From: Eledone cirrhosa
Taxonomy: Eukaryota
Reading direction: 5' to 3'
Assembly (NCBI GenBank): GCA_964016885.1
Contig: OZ024749.1
Coordinates: 32,860,001 to 32,924,000 of the forward strand
DNA: 64,000 nucleotides
Part shown: piece after piece, positions 26,187-39,890 of the stretch
Layout of the letters: the number at the start of each line of letters is the position of its first letter
Position numbering within the stretch: the first letter of the stretch is position 1
Program-made: the position numbers and the translations under genes
Notes under the pieces: generated by a model
What the model was told of the DNA's origin: nothing
Database searches by the model: none
Seen by the model: only the letters and a program-made list of their open reading frames with translations

Positions 26187-28560
26187 TATTAATCAGATCA
26201 CATTACAGTTGTCACCAGATATATATTGATCAGGTCACATTACAGTTGTCACCAGATGTATATTGATCAGTTCACAACATTACAGTTGTCACCAGATATA
26301 TATTGATCAGGTCACATTACAGTTGTCACCAGATATATATTAATCAAGTCACATTACAGTTGTCACCAGATATATATTAATCAAGTCACATTACAGTTGT
26401 CACCAGATATATATTAATCAAGTCACATTACAGTTGTCACCAGATATATATTAATCAAGTCACATTACAGTTGTCACCAGATATATATTAATCAAGTCAC
26501 ATTACAGTTGTCACCAGATATATATTAATCAAGTCACATTACAGTTGTCACCAGATATATATTAATCAAGTCACATTACAGTTGTCACCAGATATATATT
26601 AATCAAGTCACATTACAGTTGTCACCAGATATATATTAATCAAGTCACATTACAGATGTCACCAGATATATATTAATCAAGTCACATTACAGATGTCACC
26701 AGATAAATATTAATCAAGTCACATTACAGATGTCACCAGATATATATTAATCAAGTCACATTACAGTTGTCACCAGATATATATTAATCAAGTCACATTA
26801 CAGATGTCACCAGATATATATTAATCAAGTCACATTACAGTTGTCACCAGTTATATATTAATCAAGTCACATTACAGTTGTCACCAGATGTATATTAATC
26901 AAGTCACATTACAGTTGTCACCAGTTATATATTAATCAAGTCACATTACAGATGTCACCAGATGTATATTAATCAAGTCACATTACAGATGTCACCAGAT
27001 ATATATTAATCAAGTCACATTACAGATGTCACCAGATATATATTAATCAAGTCACATTACAGTTGTCACCAGATATATATTAATCAAGTCACATTACAGA
27101 TGTCACCAGATATATATTAATCAAGTCACATTACAGATGTCACCAGATGTATATTAATCAAGTCACATTACAGATGTCACCAGATATATATTAATCAAGT
27201 CACATTACAGATGTCACCAGATATATATTAATCAAGTCACATTACAGTTGTCACCAGATATATATTAATCAAGTCACATTACAGATGTCACCAGATATAT
27301 ATTAATCAAGTCACATTACAGTTGTCACCAGATATATATTAATCAAGTCACATTACAGATGTCACCAGATATATATTAATCAAGTCACATTACTGTTGTC
27401 ACCAGATATATATTAAGCAAGTCACATTACAGATGTCACCAGATATATATTAATCAAGTCACATTACAGTTGTCACCAGATATATATTAATCAAGTCACA
27501 TTACAGATGTCACCAGATATATATTAATCAAGTCACATTACAGTTGTCACCAGATATATATTAATCAAGTCACATTACAGATGTCACCAGATATATATTA
27601 ATCAAGTCACATTACAGATGTCACCAGATATATATTAATCAAGTCACATTACAGATGTCACCAGATGTATATTAATCAAGTCACATTACAGTTGTCACCA
27701 GATGTATATTAATCAAGTCACATTACAGTTGTCACCAGATATATATTAATCAAGTCACATTACAGATGTCACCAGATATATATTAATCAAGTCACATTAC
27801 AGTTGTCACCAGATATATATTAATCAAGTCACATTACAGTTGTCACCAGATATATATTAATCAAGTCACATTACAGATGTCACCAGATATATATTAATCA
27901 AGTCACATTACAGATGTCACCAGATATATATTAATCAAGTCACATTACAGTTGTCACCAGATATATATTAATCAAGTCACATTACAGTTGTCACCAGTTA
28001 TATATTAATCAAGTCACATTACAGTTGTCACCAGTTATATATTAATCAAGTCACATTACAGATGTCACCAGATATATATTGATCAGGTCACATTACAGTT
28101 GTCACCAGATATATATTAATCAAGTCACATTACAGTTGTCACCAGATATATATTAATCAAGTCACATTACAGATGTCACCAGATATATATTAATCAAGTC
28201 ACATTACAGATGTCACCAGTTATATATTAATCAAGTCACATTACAGTTGTCACCAGATATATATTAATCAAGTCACATTACAGTTGTCACCAGATATATA
28301 TTAATCAAGTCACATTACAGATGTCACCAGATATATATTAATCAAGTCACATTACAGTTGTCACCAGATATATATTAATCAAGTCACATTACAGATGTCA
28401 CCAGATATATATTGATCAAGTCACATTACAGTTGTCACCAGATATATATTAATCAAGTCACATTACAGATGTCACCAGTTATATATTAATCAAGTCACAT
28501 TACAGATGTCACCAGATATATATTAATCAAGTCACATTACAGATGTCACCAGTTATATAT
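26187..28560. repeat. 37-bp tandem array, right part (roughly 64 units)
   Basis: Highly homogeneous CACATTACAG(T/A)TGTCACCAGATATATATTAATCAAGT. Confidence 0.97.
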
Positions 28561-28880
28561 TGGCAGAGTCGTTAAACGTCAGATAAAATGCTTTATGGTA
28601 TTCATTCTGACTCGCTGAGTTCAAATCCCGCCGAGGTCAACTTTGCCTTTCATCCTTCCGAGGTCGATAAAAAAAAAAGTACCAGTCTAGTACTGGGGTC
28701 GATTCTTCCTCTATATCCCTTTCTCATTTCCTCTCTCTCACTTTCTATCTTTGTCTGGAAGAAATCTGCTGTACTCAGGCCTGGAGAAGGATGGGCTCCA
28801 CCAGGCTTAAAAAGGCCCAAGAAATGCTGTATGTCAATACGGCACCCCTACAACTCTATCAGGAGTTACAGGACCATACA
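28561..28880 (+). mobile_element. Family A SINE variant with an alternative 3' tail
   Basis: Same head and body as family A, followed by CTGGAAGAAATC.GCTGT.CTCA...GGATGGGCTCCACCA. This tail also occurs at ~15715-15960(-), 29800-29945, 56710-56790(-) and 63900-64000(-). Confidence 0.7.
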
Positions 28881-28967
28881 TACATATATTGATCAGAGTT
28901 TAATTAGTTAAATCTAATTTTAATCTTAGATATTGTCTAAAATTTCCACTTTCTTTTATTTTTCTAG

Positions 28968-29040
28968 AAACTGGGAGATGTTGAGTAACCGACAGTCATT
29001 CTGTAGCTTCAATCACAGAGGAAAGGCTTTATTTGCTTAA
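28968..29040 (+). CDS. MMGT1: MMGT1/EMC5 coding exon 4 (last)
   Basis: TTTCTAG|NWEMLSNRQSFCSFNHRGKALFA*, matching the conserved SF..FNHRG motif. The spliced CDS is 309 nt (102 aa). AATAAA at ~29072. Confidence 0.92.
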
Positions 29041-30975
29041 TTATACATTTTCTATGTACTTTGACAATGTAAATAAATATGCTTCTCTATAAAGTAACTG
29101 CCTTCTCTTATTTTTTACTCATCGTCTTCTTTGTGGCCCCTCCAAAGAGCATTTTATCATGACTTTGGCACTACCACCTTACTGTGCTGATTGGGTGCTT
29201 TTAACATGGTACCAGCACTACTGCCATATGGTGTAGTTTGGGTGTTAACGCGGTAACCAGCACTATCACCATATAGTGCAGATTGGATGCATTTGTATCA
29301 TAACAACTACACAATAAGTTAACTCAAACATCATATTCTTTGTGGGCCCCTTCCTAGTCAAAATGAGGATGGGTCATAAAGGCTCATTTTGAAATCCTAA
29401 ATTTTACTCTGTATTTGCAAGACCCCATTCTGAACAGATAGCTCCTTACATAAAATTACATTTACCAAATATTATAATAATAAAGTTCTTTCCCCTTTAT
29501 AGCTAATTTGCATGGTATTATTCAGGGATAAGATCAATGCCATTGTGTGCAATTTAACGTTACACGAATGGTTTTTTTTTACATATAATGCAACGGCCTA
29601 ATCATTTAAGATTTAAAAATTATAATTGATTTGTTCATATATATTAGACCTTGTTAAAGTGGTTAGATTGTTGAATTAAAAATGCCTCAGTATTTATTCT
29701 GGTTCATACACATGTTCAAAACACTGGCCAACTTTGTCTTAATCCTTTCGAGGTCGATAAGGTTCCAGCCCAGTATTGGGGTTGGTTTTTTTTCGATATC
29801 TCTTTATCTCTGTCTCTATTTCTTTTTTTCGAAGTCATCATCTGTGTTACGACCTGGAGAGGGATGGGTTCCAACAAGTTTCAAATACCCAAGATACACT
29901 ATGTATCAGAACAATGTCCCTACTACTCTAATTAAGAATTAAAAACACTTGTTTTATACTCTGAACCACTGACACAGGTTCTTTGAAAATGAAGCCAAAT
30001 GAAATATGGTGTAGATGTAAATATTGAAAATTCTTTCCTCTCTAAAACTGATGTTACAATCCATTTTTTTTTAAAATGGGAGTCCTGGAATTGATAAATT
30101 AAAAAGACTTCATCTGTCAACTTCCAAACAGAATTCTGTCTGTAATAGTCTGAAACCTAGAAAAATAAATGTGCAAATATGTATTCCTTCTTCTTATGTG
30201 TGAGACTCTTGCTGTCTCATGTTGTCATTTGCCTGATCAAGATCAGAGAGCAGTGATCAGTTTCCAGGGTCTACTGTGAGGAGGTCAACAAATTGGGCCC
30301 CATACATACTCCTGTAATTTTAGCAGTCATTCTTGTGGATTTAATTCATTAAATCAGTGAAAATACAATGACAGAAGATGTTATATCTCTCTACTGAACA
30401 GACCTCAAATGTACTTCAGAATTTCAGCTGTGATATAATCAACAATAGGTACTTTGTTTATATTTAACCCTTTAGCATTTAAACCGGCTGTATCCGACCA
30501 GAATTCTCTCACCTCTTTCTGTTCATATTGACATTAAGGTATTGTTCTCAAAATAAATAATAACATCATCAAAATCTCATAGATTCCATAATATGTAATA
30601 AAAATATAACAGTAGAGTAATGAAAATGCTAAAGGGTTACATGGCTGATATAATACAGCAGTGAAAATATAATCTCTATCTTCATCTACCAAATAGGCAT
30701 ATGTAAATACATAATGGTAAATCCTATACAGCAGTGAAAAGGCACAACCTAAAACTAATTCTAACATTAGCCAAAACCTAACAATAACCATAACCACAAG
30801 CCAAATGCTAATCTTAAGTCTAACACTAATTCTAACCCTAAACTAATACTGTTGGCCATTAGGTTCTCCTTGTTTAAATCAATAAAGATGTGTCCATCAG
30901 GCCTAAAAATGTTATCCATTACCAATGACCTTTTTGTATCTCTTACACACTCACACATGGTCTAGACGTCTAGAG

Positions 30976-31143
30976 TAGGCATGTCACACATGCGGTCTGC
31001 ACAAAGGTTTTTACAGCGCGAACATGTTTTATCTTCGTAATATAACATTTTAAAAATTAGTTGTAATGTGAGCAATCAGTTGTCATGTGTGGCCCTCAGA
31101 CAACATATATGTGTCCCATGTGGCTCTCAGTATGATATACCTG
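30976..31143. mobile_element. hAT (Charlie-like) MITE
   Basis: 8-bp TSD GTCTAGAG on both sides. Termini TAGGCATGTC...ATACCTG. GCGG.C/GTGGCC subterminal motifs. Confidence 0.7.
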
Positions 31144-33918
31144 GTCTAGAGTGTCGTATGGGGTGGCTAAAAAGTTTGGTGTTAGGAAAGGCATCCAACT
31201 ATAAAACATTGCCTTTGATAATATGAAGCTTATCATGGAGTCCAACAAGGTTAGCTCACTTGTTTAGCAGGAAAAATGGCTGGATTTGTTTTTAGTCATT
31301 CCAAACCACCACCTCCCCTATCAATCTATATTTGAATTAACAAACCCATTTTTAGATATTTTCTAATAAATCATTACAGGATGTTTAGAGTTCAGACGAC
31401 ACTAACGAGAACAAAAGAAGTCAAGCGTTTGGATGTGTATGTTTTGTGGGAGGGGAATTTAATATCAACTGGTGTTAAAATATAATTAAATTGGGATGAA
31501 AACGAAAGGTAGGAGTAACAAGTGTTCGTCGACGGAGAGGAGGAGGAGGACAACGGTCAGACAGAATAGCTAAGCTAGACTAGGCAGTATGTGTATTTAG
31601 GACATGGACACCATGCTGTGCTGATGTCAGTTCTTGTCTGATACTGTCGACCATTGGTTGAAAAGCTAAAATAATTGATGCTTCGGAAAGAAGTGGAATT
31701 GTTGAATGAGAGACTTTGCAAGTTTTACGTATGTAAAAAAAAAGCTGCTAGTTCTCTGGGCTTGGTATACTATCACTTTTAGGTCAGCAGCCAGAAGGAT
31801 CGTTATGCGAATTTAAACGATAATTAACATATTTCAGATTTACAAAGTTAATGACCATTAAGAGTATATAACATCCAGCCTTAATATTGCAAATCTAAAC
31901 TGGATAGTGCTCTCATCAACGAAAGCCAAATAAGTTAGGATGTGCCCCTCCACCCCCCACTCACATTTAACAGAACAGTTTTATTTTAGGAGAAATTGCA
32001 AATGTAATAAGGTTTAATACCTTTCACAAGAACATTTTGCTGTTAGTAACCATTGGAAAAGTGCTTTGCAGTATCACCTCACCAGGAGGCTAAATAGCTA
32101 AGCTAAAAAGGTGTGTGTGAATAAAAACCAAGGAAGAAGGTGAAAAGAGGGAATAAAACAAAAGAGTTAAAAACCAAAGAAAACAAAACGATTGCAAATC
32201 TAAGGGAGATAATTGGAGAGTAACACCTACTATGCAAATAGCAGACTTGTCAACGCACCCCATCCAGCGGGTAGATCTCCCACCCACTTTGGGGTGGGTG
32301 TGACAATGGGTTTAGCTTTCATTATGTAAAATCTCCCCATTTTGCCTCATTTCTTCCCGTTTTGGGAAACCTTTTTTTCATGGTACTCCCCGTTTGGGTT
32401 TTTAGTGGTTGGCAGGTTTGAAATAGATTTAGTGGAAGTGGCTTACATAGGTAGATGATGATATATATTTACGCTATTGTTTGCTCTCTACTGTTAGTAG
32501 AATATATTTTTTACAGTTATAATGAGAAAATATTTGTCTAACAAATATAAATTTTATGCATGTTACCATTGTTTACATCAATGGGTCTGCGTGTAGTATA
32601 TACAGAAACTAAGAAGAGATATTTTAATATGTCAGTGAAACAGACTTATAGAAAAAGATGAGTAATTTAAACATGTCTTCGACAAGAAGATGTGGAAAAT
32701 GATTATGGTGTGTGTAGAAACTGGCTTCTGCCATTCCTAGTTCCTGAATCACCTCCCTACTTGCCACTGTCGGGGGGAATTTGGCCACCCGCAAGCCTGA
32801 GCCCCTGCTAGTTCGAATGGCTATTTCAATATGTCTCCCTCGCCATCCTCCAGTGTAACGCTTTTTTTCCATTCTGTCCTCCGCTGGAGCTACAAGGCTC
32901 CCTCAAACCAGAGAATGCTCCCTCGCATCACTGGGGTAGCGAGGATTAAGTATTCTTTCTGGTATTTTTATTGTATTTAGACTCACTGTTATTATTTACT
33001 TTTAGGTGACGAATTGGAAGAGTCGTTAGAAGATTGGATAGAATGCTTTGCGGTATTCGTTCCGGTTCTCTGCGCCGAGATTAACTTTGCTGTTCGTCCT
33101 TTTAAGGTCGATAAAATAGTGCCATTTAAGTACTGGAATCGATGTAATAGACTGTCCCCTTCCCATAAATAATAACTGCAAACCAAGATAAAGAATAGAG
33201 AAATAAATGCAGTATGGTTTCTGAAATTGACACAATAACAGGTAGATTATACATATGTCTGTATAAATTGTTTTACTAAACAGGCTTGATGTTCGGGAAT
33301 GGACGAAACAAACAAAATATATGTATTTATACGACTAATAGAGAATACTTTAATATATCAGTGAATATGCGATACGATTGTGTATAAGTTTATTATTATA
33401 TTTTTTTTAGCCATCACGGTCAAGGCCATGCTGTAGCACCGCCATCATTTATTGCAAGTACGCGTGTACGTTTGTTTCTGTGAAAGACAATGTATCTGAG
33501 AGGGGGTGAATATAAATAACAGTAAGCGAGGAAGTGAACGTATGAAAAAGATAGAGAGGGTATGTGAGTAAGAATGAGAGAGGATTGTGTGAAAGAGAAC
33601 TAGTAAAATGGAGAGGTGACTGTAAAAAGAAAGCGTAAGAGAAAGAGTAAATGTGTGAAAGAGTGAGTAAAAGGAAGAGGTGATTATGTGAAAGAGTAGG
33701 AAGGAGAGGTAATCATGTGAAATGTACGCCCTGGAGTTGGAAGGGGAGGTAAATGTATAAACGAAAAAGAGTGTATATTAGAAAATGTCTTATATGATGT
33801 GTTCGCAAAAATTCTCGAGACACAAATGTATATTATATTGTGTAGGTTGGAAGTTACCAGTTTAGACTACTAACACCATTCAGTTTAATATTTAAGAAAG
33901 TAGAGTGTAGGTATTATA

Positions 33919-33984
33919 AGTTACTACCCGACGGCTGAGCTCTTGCTGTTTCGACAGCAAGAGCTCACTCGTCAGGCAGTAACT
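33919..33984 (-). ncRNA. Hammerhead-like motif with intact core nucleotides and imperfect stems
   Basis: Minus strand GAGTTACTGC-CTGACGA-GTGAGCTCTTGCTGTC-GAAAC-AGCAAGAGCTCAGCC-GTC-GGGTAGTAACT. Confidence 0.4.
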
Positions 33985-35204
33985 CAAATATGTGTGTGCG
34001 TGCGTCTTTGAGAGATTGTTTAAGAACGTTGAAGTAGTGGGAGTGTGCAGGTGTAATTGAAGAAAAAGAAAGAAAAAATTGACTGGTTCTGAATAACTCA
34101 GTGAAAACGAGAATGCTGCTTGAAAAGTGGTGTACATATTTGAATACACACACACATACATATATATATATACACACATACATAATCGGTTGGGTTCGTA
34201 TTTTAATAATACAGACTTAATTAAATTATTGAGTGAGTGAGGAAACAACTGAAGCTGTATTCACTCTATTCGATAAGCTTCGTTCCACAATTGTGTGTAT
34301 ATATATATATATGTGTCTGTGTATATTGGTTTACGAAGCTATATAAATATATATATGTGTGTGCGCGCGCGCTTGTATGCGTAATTTATTGTGTAAGCTT
34401 CCTGTTGTAATTTAACATGGCTATGAGCCAACTGAAAAAAAATAACCTTTTTTTGGGGTCTACTGTTAAGATTGGTTTCGCTTTTGTGATGGATGATTCC
34501 TGGTTATTCTTAACGTGTTTTTTAATGAGAAAATTGAACTAAAACCTAAAAATGGATGGTGGCCGAGTATATATATATATGTTTAAGTGTCTGTGTATAT
34601 ATCTATATATATATATCGGCACACACGTGAGTGTGTGTACTAAACTAAAGAGAGAGAAATGGGAAGCTGAACGGGATGATATAGATAGGTAGCTAGATAA
34701 ATAAATAGATAGACAAGACGAATAACCCTGATGGAAAAAAAAAATGGAAGTCTGGGTAGCAAGTCAAATAATCCAAAAACAAAGTGACCGCCAGTCGTGT
34801 TGCCCTCATTTTAGTTTGGGTCATGACAGCAATACTGTAGACTTTGTCAATGTTTATAAACTGTCTCCCTTGTACGAGCGGAGAAGGGAAAGAAAAAACA
34901 TTATGAAGAGAAAGATGGCGGTGGTGCTAAAAATGAATATTTGGATAAATTCTGTTAGTACTTGAAATGGCTATTTCAACGGTGAATATGTGCACACACG
35001 CATATATTTATATACACACACACACACATATTATATACATGTGTGTGTGTGTGTATATATATATATACATGTATGTATATATTTATGTGTGTATATATAT
35101 ATATATAACATACACAGGCTGTCCCAAAAAATGTATACATACTTCAACAGCATTCTAATGAAAGTGTGTATATAAATACATGCATATACATATTTATATA
35201 TATA

Positions 35205-35402
35205 CGTAGGTCCCGGGTTGAGTCGGGGATAACCACAGTAAGTAAGGTACTCAATACATGGCAGAGTAAAAAAATTTTATTTTATAGAAGGAGCTTCTAC
35301 AGGACTAGTACTGTTTCATTCAGATGAAATCTTCAGGAAGCTCCTGAAGATTTCATCTGAATGAAACAGTACTAGTCCTGTAGAAGCTCCTTCTATAAAA
35401 TA
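35205..35402. mobile_element. Fold-back element in (TA)n with a perfect 61-bp inverted repeat (35278-35402), probably a Penelope-like pseudo-LTR derivative
   Basis: Arms 35278-35338 and 35342-35402 are exact reverse complements. A diverged copy lies in reverse orientation at ~44935-45097. Confidence 0.7.
35290..35344 (-). ncRNA. Type I hammerhead ribozyme (predicted)
   Basis: GGAGCUUC-CUGAAGA-UUUCAUCUGAAU-GAAACAG-UACUAGUC-CUGUA^GAAGCUCC. 8-bp stem I, CUGANGA and GAAA boxes, short stem II, 4-bp stem III with a palindromic ACUAGU loop, GUA cleavage triplet. Confidence 0.72.
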
Positions 35403-36199
35403 TATATATATATATATATACATACATACACATACGTGTGCGTGTTTACTAATAACACCCCTACCACAACTGGGTACATATACCTTACATCTCTCTCTCT
35501 CTCTCACAGGTGTGCGTGTTTATACATACATATACGACTTGTAAGTACGTATGTAATGTACGGCGAGGTGGCCTGCATGTGTTGAATTTCTTGATAAAAA
35601 AAAATGGAAGAGGGAGGATATCATATGTCAAGAATAAACCTTCAATGTTTATATTGGAATTGTTTTTTTTATCTAAACTATAGTAGTAGTGCGGATTCAT
35701 CATGCCCTCCCATCGAGAAATACATTTTCAGTGGAATTTTCCTTTTGTTTTTAATGCGTATATATATATATTTATATATATGTGTGTGTATATATATATG
35801 TGTTGTGTATATGTCTATGTATATATCTTACTCTCTCACACACACTCTTACTTTCTGACTTTCTATCTCTCACTTCCACATACATTCTCTTATACACACA
35901 TATGTATATATATATATATATATATATGTAGTTTAATGAAGCTAAGCGGATCGAATCCTTCACTCAATGATTTTATAAGAATCGTATGTTATAAATACCA
36001 ACTACTAATTCAGAGTGCACAGATTTTGTTAATTGGTAAATAAACGGCTGCGAATGGGTAATGGTATCTGTATACGAAATACATCCGGACGGCCGACAGT
36101 TTCTGCACTACATTCTGAGCGTAACATTTGCATCAGCAAGTGTTGTTTACAGAAGTCATGTAATATTACCATATATTACAACACTAGGACTATGTAATG

Positions 36200-38030
36200 G
36201 TTCGTCAGCGGATTTCAGCTCAACTCCAACGGGAAATTTATCCACGATCATGTGCACACAGGTGATTTTTCAGACCAGCTTTGTTTGGCAAGCACGTTCA
36301 CAGATGTAGCATTTGAACTGTGTCTGTCTCTTGGCTTTATCGGTTGGGTTATGTCTTCATGTATTTTGCAATGTCTGGTTAGTCCATCAGCTGACTTGGA
36401 AATTAAACTATACTCATTACAAATGCATCGTGGCGGTAGAACCATCTCACAAGTAGCTCGATTTCTCTTTGGCTCGTGCGGCTTCAGATAGTTGACAAAT
36501 CCAGCTCTTGATACAAGAAAGCGTCCACATGCACTACACCTCAATTCCTACTGTATTTTTCCAGGTATTGCACTTTGGTCCCGCTTACTGAGTTAACACT
36601 TAAAAATAGCATGCTCCACTTGCTTTTTCTCAAATATATCATCCACATTTAATGATCTTTCTCAATGATTTACGGTCTTCAGCCAATACCGCCCAGTTCT
36701 CCATATCAATCTTCAGAGCTTTAAAATTGTTTTTTTTGACATCGCTTATTTGGTTTATGCTGTGGTCTTTTCCCTTTGGTCAGCTCCCCGTAAAATATCT
36801 GTTTTGGCAGCCTTCCATCTTCCATCCTGACCCCCAAACCAGCCCAACGTATCTGGTCCATAATAATCCTCCTCTCAATACTGGTGCTACCTGCTTTCTC
36901 AAGTACAGCAGTATCAAGTGTGTAAGAGGACCACTTGATGTTCAGAATGCATCGGATACAATGCCGATGAAACCTTTCCAACTGCTTAATATGATGCATG
37001 TAAGTTGTCCACATTCCGCACCCGTATAGCAGGGCTGTAAGAATACAGGCCTCGTACACAGAGAGCTTTGTGTTTCTCGTTATACCCCGATCTGACTAGA
37101 CTCACTTCTCAAGCTTCCCGAAGGTAAAATTCGCTTTCGCAATCCTGTAATTTATTTCAGCATCGAGTATACCATCTCTACTAAGTATACTCCCGAGATA
37201 CGTAAAGCTGTCCCACCACTTCAAGTCTTTTTACTCCGCCGAGTAGTTCTGGTAAAGTGTACATGACCTTTATCTTTTTTATGCTAATATTTAGCCAAAA
37301 TGCAGTGCATGCATTGAAGGTGTTCAATATCAACTGCATCGCCTCTCCTGAGTGAGCCACAAAATCTGCATCATCAGTATAAAAGAACTCTCTGACAACA
37401 GTGCCAAATGTTCTGAATTTGGTGTTAAAAGTCTTAGATTAAAAACTTTGTCAGAGGTTCTAAATCGCAAGTATACGCCAATTTAGAAGTCTTGAAAGGC
37501 ATGTCAGCAACACGGCGATGTAGATGGAGACCAGAGTGGGTGCAGGTTTGCCACACTGCTCGACACCGTTTTCCACTGAAATTGACTCTGAAAGTGTCCC
37601 ATTGAAGTTTACTTTTGCCTTCATATTTTGATGACGTTTTTTTTTTTAATATTCCCACAAAATGGTCCTCACTCAACCCTCTGCGACAAGGCATTTCTCA
37701 TACTTGTTCTTCTCTTCAATGAGCCTGTTGATTGCAGCATCAAACCAGTCTCGGTATTTAGTCTTCTTGAGACCGAGTACATCAGCCCCAGCACTGTAAA
37801 CCTGTGTTTTAAACTGTTCCCAAGTTCCATCAAAGACAACGTTGTCAAGGAGCATTTTCATTTCTAAACTTTGCAGTTTGAACACATCTATACATTTTGG
37901 CACTTGAACCCCCACTGCCCTCACTTTTCATCTTGCCACGTACAAATTTATGGTCAGTACCACATTCTGCATCACGTATCACTCTTACAGAGCAGATTTC
38001 TCCCTGGATAAGACGCTAGTCTATCGCGGG
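36200..38030 (-). mobile_element. Degraded RTE (BovB-like) LINE
   Basis: YEACILTALLYGC..W....HIKQLERFH..CIR.IL.IKW...QIRWAG....MEDGRLPKQIFYGEL, C-terminal C2H2 remnants and an upstream K.RDWFD segment. Confidence 0.85.
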
Positions 38031-39856
38031 TTTAATTGTCCAGCTACTGCTGGACTCATCTCAGCTTAATGTACTGGAGCAAAGTGAAATAAGGTGTTTT
38101 GCTGAAGGACACAATGCAACAGCCTGATCAGGAATGGAACAGACGACATAACGATCCTACGTCAAGCTGCCTAACCATTAGGATATGCACCTTCAAGCTA
38201 CTTAACTCTCTATTTATCTAACTACCTATATCTCTATCTGTCTGTCTAATTGGCTGTCAATCTATAGTTATCTATTTATGTATATCTACCAATGTATCTA
38301 TTTTGGCACCAGGACAACAATAATAACTACAAAGCACAAAACCCAATAACCAGAAAATAGATAGATACATAGGTAAATCAAGGATTTAAGTATCGTTACA
38401 TATAATGATGTAACCAAGAAATTACTAAATTACAAGATTACGCGGTCGTTCATGGTTCACCCAGTTTGGGTCTTTAGAGGTTGGCAGGCCTGCAACTATG
38501 CTACTACCATGGGATACTGTATCTGCAATTCAAAGGGTCAGCCCTATCAGACACTGTGTTATGCTGAATCTCCTTGGGAATTACATTAAGAGTACACCTG
38601 TTTACAGAATGCTCAGCCACTTACTCGTTAGTTTCAGGCTAGTCTGTTGATTGAACAACTGGTATACCCGTTGTCGAAACCGACGGAGATCCATAATTAT
38701 TCACAATAGGTTTTGTTTTTCAATGCAGATTACATAAATGCAATGAATTGATACTCTAAATATAAACAGCAACAAAAATAAAACCCAGGAAAACAATGCA
38801 AAGTTTTTAAAAAGCAATAACTTACACAACCCATTTATTTTCCACTGTAAATAATGCATGTTTCTTTTTTACAGCTTAATCTATATTTAACACCATCCTC
38901 TTACATAATAGGAAGTTAACATATTATTTTAATCTCACATTTCCAAAGAGAACAACTCACTTCTTTATTTAGATTTATCCGTTTCAAAAAATACTAGCTT
39001 TTATCACGGTGTTTCATTTCGATAGTTCCTTAGAAAACAGTATTCCTTTTTCTTTCATCATTACTTATTCCACTCCTCCTTACCTCCCTTCCTTTGGCCA
39101 TGTTAATTATTGTCTCTTTATTAGCCACAAGTTCACATGACAAGGCTATATTATTAATTTTTTTCTGTTTCTCAAATGCTAATAGTTAGGACTTCTCACA
39201 TTGGTACAATATCTCTTGTAATGATAATAGTAATAATAATTAGTATTATCTAACTTCTCTAACCGTCACATCCTTTTTATTATATCTACAAAATCCAGCC
39301 ATTATTTGTCTAGTTAATTTGATTACTTTCTCTTTCTATTCTCACTGTTGTATGCTTCTCTAAGCCCCGCTTTATATACTGTTTTCTAAACTCCCATTTT
39401 TCTTATTCTTACTAATTCTCAAAGATTTTCTTCCTTTTAATTATTTCTCTACTTCTTCACCCCAACGAGCACCTCCAGCACCTCACCCCTTCCTCTTTTT
39501 GATTTTATTACTTATCTAATATTCACCTTGTTCTTCTCTAATCCTCCATTTTCCCTCACTCTTTCTCTGCCACATTTCCACCTCTCCTACTACTTCCTCT
39601 AAATGACTCCCTTCTTTTTCTTACTAATTCTCTAAGCATTCTTTTTACTGTCTCAGTCTCTTCTAATATAATATTTCCCAAACCTCCTCTTCTTTCTCTC
39701 GTTTTCTACACTTCCTTTTCTATCCTTCCCTTCCTGAAATTTCTTTCTCGTCACATTATCTTGGAGGGTCTCCTATGAGACCTTGCTGCCCATTCTCAAA
39801 GTCTCATATCATTCCCTTAGTGTCTCTCTCACGCCTTTTCTCCTTTATTCTATCCC

Positions 39857-39890
<34 letters not shown>

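Noticed and set aside
26187-28560. CRISPR-like appearance of the 37-bp array
   Set aside because: Units are contiguous with no unique spacers, there are no cas genes, and the context is a eukaryotic intron. It is a minisatellite.
29932-30156. Possible minus-strand terminal exon after TTTTTCTAG
   Set aside because: The translation has no recognisable homology and no partner exons could be linked.
30740-30850. Telomere-like (TAACCC)n stretch
   Set aside because: Highly degenerate and short. More likely low-complexity or transposon-internal sequence than a fusion scar.
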